A DNA stretch of 64,000 nt from Zygnema circumcarinatum SAG 698-1b (Eukaryota > Plantae > Zygnematophyceae): positions 6,053,909 through 6,117,908 of the forward strand of contig CM074804.1 in assembly GCA_037447605.1 (NCBI GenBank). The letters are read 5' to 3'. Under the pieces are notes generated by a model. That model was given only the letters and a program-made list of their open reading frames with translations, was not told the origin of the DNA and made no database searches. Each line of letters starts with the position of its first letter. Position 1 is the first letter of the stretch. A program made the translations under genes and the position numbers. Positions 10,435-20,812 of this stretch are shown here, one piece after another.

Positions 10435-10941
10435 GGGGTTTACAAACCTAACCTGAAAACAAAGAGTAATAGTTGCCCGACATCGGTGACCTTTGCAGCT
10501 ACGTTTAGGGTTGCGTTTTTGTGCTTAAGCTTAGTTTAGTTTAGTTTTTTGCGCCTAGTTTTTTTATTTTGTGCTTAGTTCATTTGCGACCAGTTTCCTG
10601 TGGTTCCCATGTTGACTTCGTCCATGTTCATTTGATGGCCTCGCCATCTTGAGATCAATGCAAATCCCCTTTTCTTTTGTAGCACAATGTTGGAAGTCAG
10701 TAGCTGAAAGGAGAAAACGGGGGGGTGGAATGTCCAAAAAAAGAGGATTGGAGGGCAAGGGAGGGAAAATATTATGGGGGTCCACTGTATCGGCATGGGG
10801 GACCGGCAGGGCTGTCCAATGGTAGACTGCCTCGTAGCAACCTCTGACCCAAAAGGGTCAGGTGAGGACAACGTTTCACAGTTCGGACCAGTGGATCGGC
10901 AACCATTGGACAACCATTGGATGGCAATGGTTGGACGTCTA

Positions 10942-11607
10942 CTGGTTGGCAACCAGTCGAATGGTTGTTTCGGTCCGCAACCACTGGTTGGCAACCAGTC
11001 GAATGGTTGTTTCGATCCGGCGGCACTGGTTGGCAACCAGTCGAATGGTTGTTTCGATCTGGCGGCACTGGTTGGCAACCAGTCGAATGGTTGTTTCGAT
11101 CTGGCGGCACTGGTTGGCAACCAGTCGAATGGTTATATCCATTAAATCAAATGGTTGGCAACCATTAAATCACTAGTTGTAGCGAACTGAACGCTACAGT
11201 TACCAAAATGCCGTCGGCGTTTCGGAGAAAACTATTACGGTTCGGCCGTACAGAATCTTCGTACAACCGTACGACTAGACTGTACGGATCCGTACGCATC
11301 TGTACGCATCAGGCTTGTTACACTAGTTGGCAACCCACCAAAAAACACATACGACCCATTTTTGCAAAAAGGCATAATTTCAGAAATTCAATGGTTGCCA
11401 ACCATTGGATCACTGGTTCCGAACTAGTCGAATGGTTGTTTCAGTCCTGCGCCACTGGTTCCAAACCAGTCGAATGGTTGTTTCGATCCGGCGGCACTGG
11501 TTGGCAACCAGTCGAATGGTTGTTTCGATCAGGCGGCACTGGTTCCAAACCAGTCGAATGGTTGTTTCGGTCCGCAACCACTGGTTGCCAACCAGTCGAC
11601 TGGTTTG
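10942..11607. repeat. 42-bp minisatellite: two blocks of about 5 units, each unit with the palindrome CTGGTT-NNN-AACCAG
   Basis: Units start at 10942, 10984, 11026, 11068, 11110 and at 11413, 11455, 11497, 11539, 11581. Consensus ctggttggcaaccagtcgaatggttgtttcgatcyggcggca. Confidence 0.92.
11178..11322 (+). mobile_element. 145-bp TG..CA mini-element with a 5-bp TSD; short form of the 33754-34275 element
   Basis: CTAGT|TGTAGCGAACTGAACGCTACA..GGCTTGTTACA|CTAGT. Confidence 0.85.
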
Positions 11608-11769
11608 TCTAATGGTCCGATCTGTGCAACGTTTCCGTAGGCTCGCCGCATCTCGCGGGCCGCGCCGCGATGCGCGGCGCCGTACGTCGGTGCACAGTCG
11701 GATCCTGCGCGCGAGGCGCGGGGTCCGATTGGCTACAAGATCTCTCCTCCCGAAAGATCCAAGGGGGGG

Positions 11770-12308
11770 GGCGTGATTAGCCAAAATGAAAGTACAGTTT
11801 CAGTTTTTTCCTGAAAGGGGGCGCGGATATCCAAAAAAGTGGGGCGCCTGTATCATTTCCACTCGAAACTGAACGAGTTTTGTACGGATTTTGACTCGGT
11901 CACCTAGATCCGTACGGACAAGTCGAGGGTGCCGCCGCGTGCCGTCCGCGAACTTACCTTCTGACCGTCATACCGGGACACGTGGGCGCGTGCCATTCGT
12001 TGGGACCGAGCCCTGCTGCAGATCGAACGGTTTCTGTGGTGCGGCCTTGGAGGCAATCGACGGATGAGATGCACCGCACGTGTGAAGGACGCGCGCACTC
12101 GCACTTGCGACTCGGACGGATCTTCCGCTCCGAGCAGATTCGGGCAGGCCCTAACGTATTTTTGTCGCTCGAAAAAAAGCGGGTAGGGAGGGGTTATTAT
12201 TCTCCGAGGGACGGGGACTGGATAGCCAAAATGGAAGTGCAGAATTTCCCGAAAGGGGGGACGGGATATCTGAGGGGGGGGATAGAAGGGGGAAGGTTAT
12301 CATTCTTC
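11770..12308 (-). mobile_element. Two tandem right-type MULE-like ends (K); the second is fused to a foldback-arm segment (about 11940-12150)
   Basis: tagccaaaatg.aagt.cag..tttcc.gaaaggggg..ggatatc..tatcatt is repeated at about 11778-11860 and 12222-12308. gggacacgtgggcg.gtgccattcg.tgggaccgagccc..gcacgtgtgaaggacg..ggacggatcttccgctccgagc.gattcgggcagg is shared with the 21-25 kb units. Confidence 0.65.
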
Positions 12309-12313
12309 AAAAT

Positions 12314-12448
12314 AGGGGGTGTCAGACTTAACGAAATCTTACGAACAAAAAAGTTCTGTAAGTACTCCGCCGCACCAGGATTGCTATGTCACCGAAGTAC
12401 TCGTTCTGGTCTCAAACTTACGAACAATTTTTAAGTCTGACACCCCCT
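12314..12448. mobile_element. MITE family A, copy 2 (135 bp)
   Basis: Same perfect 18-bp TIR as copy 1. AAT at 12311-12313 and 12449-12451. Internal gtactccgccgca and caaacttacgaaca are shared with copy 1. Confidence 0.88.
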
Positions 12449-12744
12449 AATGAAACTCAAAATCTTCCGAAATGAGTAAAATACGGCATTTTCCGTAAGT
12501 CTTGTATTTGACGATGCATGGCGGGCGCCGGGCGGGCCTTCCGCACGCGGCACAGCCGTACAGCAGCAGCTCTCCTGCCGGCCGGCCGACGGCAGGCCGG
12601 CGACAGCGCCGTTACCGACGGCGGCGACTTCAGCCCGTGCCCGCCCACGCGCCTGCGAATGGCGGGCCGACACTTCCACCCCTCGTCGCAAACGGAATGA
12701 CACAGTTCTTCTGGTTCCTCGTCCAGAGGATATCCCCATGGGGG

Positions 12745-13059
12745 CATCTCATCCCATTCCATCCCATCCCATCCCATCCCATCCCATCCCATCCCATCCC
12801 ATCCCATCCCATCCCATCCCATCCCATCCCATCCCATCCCATCCCATCCCATCCCATCCCATCCCATCCCATCCCATCCCATCCCATCCCATCCCATCCC
12901 ATCCATCCCATCCCATCCCATCCCATCCCATCCCATCCCATCCCATCCCATCCCATCCCATCATCCCATCCCATCCATCCCATCCCATCCCATCCCATCC
13001 ATCCATCCCATCCCATCCCATCCCATCCCATCCCATCCCATCCCATCCCATCCCATCCC
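12745..13059. repeat. (CCCAT)n pentanucleotide microsatellite, about 63 units
   Basis: Directly visible, with a few ATCC/ATC slippage variants. Confidence 0.97.
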
Positions 13060-13608
13060 GCCAGCGTGTTCGAAGTCCGACCTCCGGTCGGGCGCAGTCC
13101 CGCCCGCCCGCCCGCCGCGGATCCGACCGCAGCGCGCCGTGTCGCCCGCGTCTGTCGCGTGGCGCGCGCACGGCGGCGGATCCCCGGACACGGCCGCCGG
13201 CCTGCGCCCGAGGCGGGCGGCCGGACGAGGCCGCCGGGCTGTACGGCTCCGGGGCCGTACGGCACCGCCCGACGCCCTGGCGGCGAAGCAGGGCCCCTCG
13301 TCGTTTCAGAGCAGACAGGAGTGAGGCCGCCCGGTCTCGCGTCGTCTTCCTCGTCAGTCTTCACTCGACAAGGCGGCGCCCGCCGTCTTGCGCGGCCGGG
13401 TCCGGCCCAGGCGGGCGGGCGGGCGGGCGGGCGGACAGGCGGGTCCGTCCAAGCGGGGGCGCTCTGGACCGGCCAATCGCTGCGGCCGCGCCGCGCACAA
13501 GCCGGGCCAACACAGCCAGTGCATAGGCGCCACGTGGCCGCGGACGGGCAGGCGGAGCGGGAGCGGCGCACGGAACTGACCGCGCTGACAACAACGGTAA
13601 CCGATGCG

Positions 13609-13632
13609 TGACGTCATCAACTTCTGACGTCA
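13609..13632. promoter_or_regulatory. Paired TGACGTCA (bZIP/TGA-type) palindromes upstream of the RLCK
   Basis: TGACGTCA at 13609-13616 and 13625-13632, 16 bp apart; not the canonical 12-bp as-1 spacing. Confidence 0.35.
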
Positions 13633-13876
13633 GGGACTCGCCCGCCAGGACAGGGGTGGAGGGTGGCCGTATGGCTGCCGTACGTCCATACGGACGGCGT
13701 ACGGCGCTGACACGCCGCGAGGCAGGAGCCGTCTCTTGTCGGGGCCCGCCCGCCCGCCCGGCCCGGCCCGCAGCCACGTGGCGGCCCGCAGCGCGCGGGG
13801 GCGAGGGGGGGCATGCGCACGCGCCACGCGGCGGCGCGAGAGAAGCGCGAGCGAGCGGGTGGGGGGGGGGGCGGCC

Positions 13877-16396
13877 ATGGGCGCCTGCGCGTCCGCGCCG
13901 GAGGGTGAGGGGGAGGGGGAGGAGGAGGGGGGGGGGGAAGGGGGCGCGCGTCCGCGACCTCGCCCTCGACCCGGAGCCGCGCGCAGAGGGGGCCCTCCCC
14001 GGGGGGGGCCCGCAGCTGGCGAGCTCGCAGGGCCTCCTCCCGCTCGGAGGGGGCCGCGCGCTGCACAACTCGCTGGCGGACGAGGGCGAGGGCGAGGGCG
14101 AGGGCGAGGGCGAGCGCGGGGGCGGGCGCGGGTCCGCGGAGAGCGCGCAGAGCGACAGCGCGCTGGACCTCGACATCAGCGCGCACCTGCGCAGCTTCTC
14201 GCGCCGCCAGCTGGACGAGGCCACGGGCGGCTTCCGCAACTCCGCCATAGTCGGCCGCGGGGGCTTCGCTACCGTGTACCTCGGGGAGGTCCCGCGCGAC
14301 CCCGCGCGTGGGCGGGCCGAGAAGATCGCTGTCGCCGTCAAGTGCATGGACTCCAAGAACGTGAACCAGTGGGAGGTGAGCCTCCGCGCCCTCCATCCTC
14401 CCGCTCAACCCTCCCTCAATGCGGCACTCTGAACCCTTCTGAAAGGCGCGGGGAACGCGACGGGTGGCGTGACAGACGGAGCTGAAGATTCTGGGGAAGC
14501 TGCGGCACGCGAACCTGGTGGAGCTGCTGGGCTACTGCTGCGAGGGCGGCAGCCTCATGCTGGTCTACTCCTTCGCGCGGCGCGGGTCGCTCGACCAGAC
14601 GCTCTTCTCCGAGGAGGCCGCGCCCTCGCTCTCGTGGCCGCAGCGCGTGGCCGTGGCCGCCGGCGCCGCCGCGGGGCTCGCGTACCTGCACTCGCGCTGC
14701 GTCATCCACCGCGACCTCAAGCCCTCCAACGTGCTCCTGCGCGAGGTGCGGCACAGGGGGGGGAGGGAGGGAGGGAGGGAGGGAGGGAGGGAGGGCTGGG
14801 GGAGGGGGCGAGAGTGGAGGGTCGTCAGGGTTTGGAGACCTTAGGGTTTGGAAGAGCGGCGTGGTTTGGGCGGAGTCGCAGCACGGATAGGAAGTAAAAC
14901 TCGGGTGGTGATGGATTTCGGGATTCGATGAAGTCCTCCATGCATCTAATGTTCAAGAATTGAACGTCTGCACCCTTGTACTGCACATAGTCTCACGTGG
15001 AACGTGCACGAATAATGCTAATACGACATCGTATAAGGCAAACCATGCTTGATTGAAGGGTTTTCTTACGGCGGAAAGGAGGTTGTGTGATGTGAGTTGA
15101 CAATGCCATTAGTTTAAGCAAGCAATGAAAGCCAAAACCTTTTGATTATCATGATAGACAGAACATAAATTACCTTTAGTACCCATACCATGATGTATGT
15201 CATGGTCTACTTTGCGACCGCTTTTGAAGAACCGTCAAGTAAGGCCTTTCCTGACCGATGTCAAAACAGCATTGGTTTAGGCTGCATTACCTTTCATTCA
15301 CTCGTCTCTTTCCGCGAGACGCGAAACCCTTCCCGACTTCTGATAGGGGAAACGGCACGTGTGCGAGAAGCACAATCTTCCCAGCCACATAGTTTGGCCT
15401 TCTTAAAAGTTTTTCTGTCCGTAGTCTAATTTATCGAATTCCCTTTCATCGAGAGAATCTTGAGAAGATATGTTGCGTTTTAGGTCTTAACAGGGTTGTA
15501 GAGTAGCTTCGGGTTTTTGGTGGTTTTCTAGTTTCAGGGTTTTTGAAAGGGTTGTTGCGAAGCATTTTTGTGGCTTCTTCCACAGCTCCACAACCATTGC
15601 AGGGCTTTCAAAAAATGTCAGCGCTCCGTATGGCTCTGCATAGGCTCCTTTTCCCTTAAGAATGCGTCTAGAAAAATTGGCTTCTGCATTCACATTACTA
15701 TTTCGTTTTTTTTTTTTTTTCTCTTTCTGTGCTGGATCCTTTTCACATAGCAAAGGCCTTCCTTCCAGGCCGAGAACTGACTGACTGACTGACTGACTGC
15801 TGCATGCATGCTGGCAGGACATGGAGGCGATGCTGACCGACTTTGGGCTGGCGAAGAAGGGCCCAGTGGAAGCCATGACCCACGTGTCGACCAACATCAA
15901 GGGCACGTACCTCTATTTGGACCCCGACTATCTTAGCACAGGTAATGGAGCCCAGAGCTCTCATCTCTTACTTAACTTCACTTCACGAATTCCTCTCTTG
16001 CAAGTGATTTTGCAGCTAGTTGAATCTTGAATGTCTGACTTTTCGAGAGCCTTACTTCCAATAATTCGTTCCGAGACATTGTCCCCCGTGGCAGGCCATC
16101 TCACCTTCAAAAGCGATGTGTACGCTTTCGGAATTTTGCTTCTAGAACTGGTCACGGGGCAGCCAATTTCCCCCAACTTCGTGAAGTGGGCTTCAACGCA
16201 CCTATCTGCCACCAAGGAGGAGATCTGCGCCCTAGTGGATCCCCGCCTCGGGGAGAGCTACACGGTGAGCTCCGCGGTGGGACTTATCCGCGTAGCGCAG
16301 ACGTGCATATCCGACAGTTCCAGTACGCGGCCCACGAGCGAGGAGTTGGCAGGCAAGTTGAAGAAGATTCTGCAGAGTGAGAGTGAGGTGAGGTAG
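13877..16396 (+). CDS. Receptor-like cytoplasmic Ser/Thr kinase (PBL/RLCK-like) with an N-terminal MGxC acylation motif; exons approx. 13877-13904, 13987-14375, 14476-14745, 15818-15941, 16095-16396
   Basis: MGACAS; [16 protein letters not shown]; [10 protein letters not shown]; VAVK; [16 protein letters not shown]; [21 protein letters not shown]; HRDLKPSN; LTDFGLAK; [10 protein letters not shown]; [17 protein letters not shown]. The 5' junction and the 3' end are uncertain. Confidence 0.9.
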
Positions 16397-17102
16397 GGAG
16401 GGGCCCGCAGCAGCACCGGGGGACGATGGCTTCTGCGGGGCGGTCTCTTCTTCCTTTGTACAATTCTCTTCGTCCCTGGGACACCTTTGTTCTGCTCTCT
16501 GCTGGTGGGTTGGCGGCACCGGTCCACTTTCTGGAATCCGCACATGCGAAGGCGGAGCAAATGCAGAGGGCCGTGCGCCTCATCACACCGTTACTGTCAG
16601 GTTTTAGGGTTAGGATTGCTCTCTGCCTCGGCGGAACCCGCCAGGTCGCAGCGGAGCCATGTTAGTAGCGGCACTTTACGGCGTGTCTTGAAAGCCTCTT
16701 CAGTAGGATTTTTTAGCGATATAATGTTTCATATAGTTATGTCTGCAGGTTGAGGGCCCTTGCGAAGGAAGGTCAGGTCAATCCCATCCGCACCAAAGAA
16801 TGTATGGCCCTCTTATTTAAATTCCTTTATCAGAGCTTTGCAGATTCATGGCTGCCTGTGTATTTCGGTTTGATGGTTATGAAGAAGGACGCTTCTCTTG
16901 TGCTTAGTTCCTCCTTTGCCTTCATTTCGCGCAATATCAAAACGTGCAGTCGTAATGAACCTCAGTACGAAGAATTGGAGGTCATTTTTGCATTTAAATT
17001 TGATTACTTCAAAGAGCAGAGAGGCACGTGTGTGTAAACATTCTAAAAGCCTAAAGAACCTATGGCATGCTGAAAATATGTTATATCCTATCTCGGCCTC
17101 CC

Positions 17103-20100
17103 TCAGCCTAGCCCTACGCCTGCTGCTTCCTGCCTTGAGGACGCATCCGGCTTGATGCGAGGCGGCCGGACAATGCGGTCGATGATGCCGTAGTCGAGGG
17201 CCTCTTGCGCACTGAACCGCCGTATGCGCGCCAAGTCAGAGGTTACCTGCATCATACAGCAATGGCGAGGTATTCAGGGTGTCGGCTTGCACAGTGCAGC
17301 TACGTGCAAGAGCTATTTCGCCACTGTCTGACTAGACGTGATTCACGCCAACACCAAAAGGCCTCAACTGCTGCTCGTTGTAACCTATTCATCATCGCTC
17401 TCAAGACGGAAACGGGTTGGCACAGATTTTTAAGATCATGTACCTCCGACCATTCCAAACTTCTAGTGTTCGTGCCCTGTCTCGAGCTTGAAAGGTGTTG
17501 AAAGTATGAACGGCAAACCAACACGATCTCCAATAATAAGCCATCCCAATGCCCCAAATGCGTAAGGGATAAACTTGAAAGAACTATCGCTTGACCTTCT
17601 TCCCATGTTGCAGTGCAGAAAGGATATTGCTCAAAAGGTGATGCAGCTGATCCATTCACATCCAGCACTCACAATGCATGACGCCTATCCACAAAAGGAC
17701 AGCTCTTCGAGAGCTTCAAGTCTTACATACCTTCTCCAGCGGCTGCCCCGTCCTTTTAGACAACTCTGAGAAAAAGTACGAGCGCACTCGACTCAGCTCC
17801 CTCGCCTCATTCTGAATATCGTCAGCCTGAAACAAGAGCACAAGTCTTAAATCGCTCATCAGCACCATGCTGCAGCTAATTTTCAGCTCTGTAAATGCTA
17901 AAAGGGCCAACTGCGCGTTCGTCTGCTCACAGACCACATTGTCAGAGCGAGACATCTCACATCTGACACATGACTGTGAGAGAGAGGAAAGTATTCACCT
18001 GTCCTCGAGCCGCGCCTGCGGGTGACTGCAGTGCTACCCGTGTCATCGGCATTGCAAGTCGGAGACCCTGCAGTACACACCAAATCAGCATATGCAAAAT
18101 CACGCACATCGATCTCCGACATGGCATTAAGGCAGCAGCAAATGGTAGTTACGTGTCTGCAAGAATGTACCTTCGTTCCTGCAGCCAGGATAAGGCCCGC
18201 ACTATTGTATGCGTATCCAAGAGCAAGAGTACTGACAGGGCTCTGAATGCTTTGTAGAGTGTCATAAATTGCCAGAGTTGGTGTCATCTGAACCAGCCAT
18301 GCAACACAGGTATTAAAACCTCAAATGTCCAGCGTCTGTTTACAAGCTCCTTTTGCCACTTCCGTGCTCAAGATGCCCCGCCTCACCTCCCCTCCTGGAC
18401 TGTTGATATAAAGATTGAGTGGCTTGCTGGTGTCCACACTATCGAGGTACAGCAAGGTTGCAACAATCTGATTTCCAAATTCCTCGTCAATGACTTGGCC
18501 AAGAAAGATGATCCGCTCACGGTACTGCCAACCCAACCTCAGCCAAGAGTCATCTCGTCAACGCTAGTTGATTTAAACACCATCATCAAGATGCAGTATC
18601 ACCTAATGCACTTTACCTAACCTTCTAGTCATTCTTTCACCGTCTTGTTCAATACATCACTTACAAGAACTAGATCTACAGGCCCACGCTTCACGCAAGA
18701 AACAATCATTTAATAATTGCTCCGATGCTGCATACTTCCTATTGAGCTGGTGCTGCGTTGTCTATTCACTCGTGTCGCATAAGAAATAAGGATATTCAGA
18801 GTCTTTCAGGCAGGAAAATTAGTTTCAGTTGAGATAGTTCGACAGTTCAGTACTAAAAAAAAGAAAGTCTTGTAACTGCGAAGCTATTGTATTATCAAGC
18901 TCAATCAAGATGGTTCTCTCCGAACCCATCTGCCACTATGTAATGGCTACCACCTACGACGAGCATAACGTTAAGAGGAGACACATACCAGCACATTCCA
19001 AATATCCACCCATTGCCAACCGCCTTCGCCAGGTGTCCTGTACGGCACTCGGGGAGTCCCAATGGGCATCATGGTGACTTGCGCTCTGGCGGACTTGCCA
19101 TTACCCCTGCACCCTTATTGCCTAAAGTATGAGCTTGGGAGCAGATAAAAAAACAGGTAATGTGATGTTCATGATATGATGGAAAAGGATTAGAGCTTGA
19201 GAACGAGACCCTATACTCCAAGTCGTTACCAAAGAACGAGCATTGGGAAAGATGGTCCGCTTGCTCTCAGTAGTACCCCATTGGAAACAAGAAACTACAC
19301 TTAACATTTGAAACTAACATAGGAATGACATATGAGGAAGAAAGTCTGGCAAAGACCTAATGGTCGTAAACTAGCCAAATTTGCTGCTGCCTTTCTGGTT
19401 CGCCCGATTGCACATCCTATACAGCAAACAGTCTCAAGACTGACCAGGGAGTAAACAATCTAAGGAGGTACGTGGCATTATAATTGCACAAAAGTAACAC
19501 CTCACTTAGGGGTTTCCTTGCGGTCTATGATTGCACTGCTACTACCAATGAAGGCAAAGTACACAATCCAATCATGCACGGATACCAGGTAGCGCTCAAT
19601 GAATATGTACAACTATGTGTGGTGCCAGTGGTGGATGTGCCTTGTCAGAGGGCAACAAAAAGTGAAGCTGCTGTAAACGCCCAACGATAATAAAGGCGAT
19701 AGCTGACCAATGGCCAATGACCAGATGGTTTATTGGATGCTCCATTAAGGCACATGAAAGTACTTTATAAGAAGACCGACACAAGGAAGCAAAGGACGAC
19801 TGGCAATAAAAGTAGACTACGGATTAAATTGTACCACCGGTATTACATGAGAAATACATAAGCTACAGAGATTGATCAATATATCCGTGCACAAGACTTT
19901 TCTGGTTCACGTGTCGGCTCCACATTGAACCCGGAACTTCACGTGAACTGAACTCTTACTCTTTTTAAGTCAAATGAATGTTACAAAAATCACTGATTTC
20001 AACATGGAAAGATGCTTTGCCATCTTTTCGGCTCCGGCCTCCCTAAATCCTTTCACATTGATTGAATTAGCAAATTATGTCCATGAACTACAACACGTTT

Positions 20101-20812
20101 GCCTTTCTTCATCTCAAAGCAAAGCTTATTGAAACGATTTCAGAAGAAGTGCCTCTTGAATTCCATCGATGCGAACGAACAAATGCAACCATGTGGCGGC
20201 CTCATCCCCTAAAAACCCTTGTGACAATAGCCACAAAGATATCAAACGGGATGAGATGCTTGAAAGCATAACCATAAGAACAGGCCAACATGAAATTCAC
20301 TTCCGGCCTCTACGACGCTGTCAAATGACTGAAGCATGCCTAATATGCCTAGCATTCATCCAATACCGTAGTCATTATTTTTTCCAAACCTACATCCGCA
20401 ACGGCTTGGCACCTTTAAGCTGCAAGACAACGCCTCAATTGGCATTTGATTCCTTTCTTTTCAACAGGAAAATCCGGCTTTCAACATGAAGCCCCCTCAG
20501 CCTTGGCAAGTCAGAATCATGAGGCCTGCCTGGAAAGCGACGCCTGCACAGTGCGGTGGAACAGCGAGCTAAGGTCCTGAGCGCCACCGCTCCGCGCCAA
20601 GCGTCCTGGCATCCCTCCAGACCCTAAAATTGTCAGTGCAACGCACAATAGGAACTCCATACTGAGCACGGAACAGCCGTACGGCCTGCCCACGCACCTG
20701 GAGACCCCGCCACCGCCATCCTGCATGGGCAGACGGCTCCGTCACGCGGCAGAGCGGTAGCTGAGCGCGGGGTCACGCCGGCCACAGCCATGGCTGCTGA
20801 CGGAGCCGCCAT
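17103..20812 (-). CDS. CLPR2: Plastid Clp protease non-catalytic subunit ClpR2; multi-exon, with a transit peptide
   Basis: [82 protein letters not shown], and the C-terminus [14 protein letters not shown] match ClpR2 as I recall it. ATG at 20812, stop at 17103-17105. Confidence 0.9.

Larger units (their letters stand above)
8558..12520. mobile_element. Old hAT-like non-autonomous shell (about 4 kb) containing multiple nested insertions
   Basis: Imperfect TIRs: CAGGAATCGTCAAATACGGGACTT versus the reverse complement CATGCATCGTCAAATACAAGACTT (20/24). Direct repeat GCGGGCGC at 8550-8557 and 12521-12528. TACGG/CCGTA subterminal motifs. Confidence 0.55.

Noticed and set aside
10942-11607. CRISPR array interpretation of the regularly spaced palindromic repeats
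   Set aside because: The inter-repeat segments are about 12 bp and related to each other rather than unique spacers. No cas genes, and the context is eukaryotic.
10575-11784. ORFs made of 14-aa repeats (PTSAARSKQPFDWL and others)
   Set aside because: By-product of a 42-bp unit divisible by three; open in several frames on both strands.
12457-13611. HPIPS/MGWDG repeat ORFs
   Set aside because: Translations of the (CCCAT)n microsatellite.
18539-18592. C/D box-like pair (TGATGA..CTGA, minus strand) in a CLPR2 intron
   Set aside because: The boxes are only about 45 nt apart, there is no terminal stem, and CTGA is better explained as the branch point.
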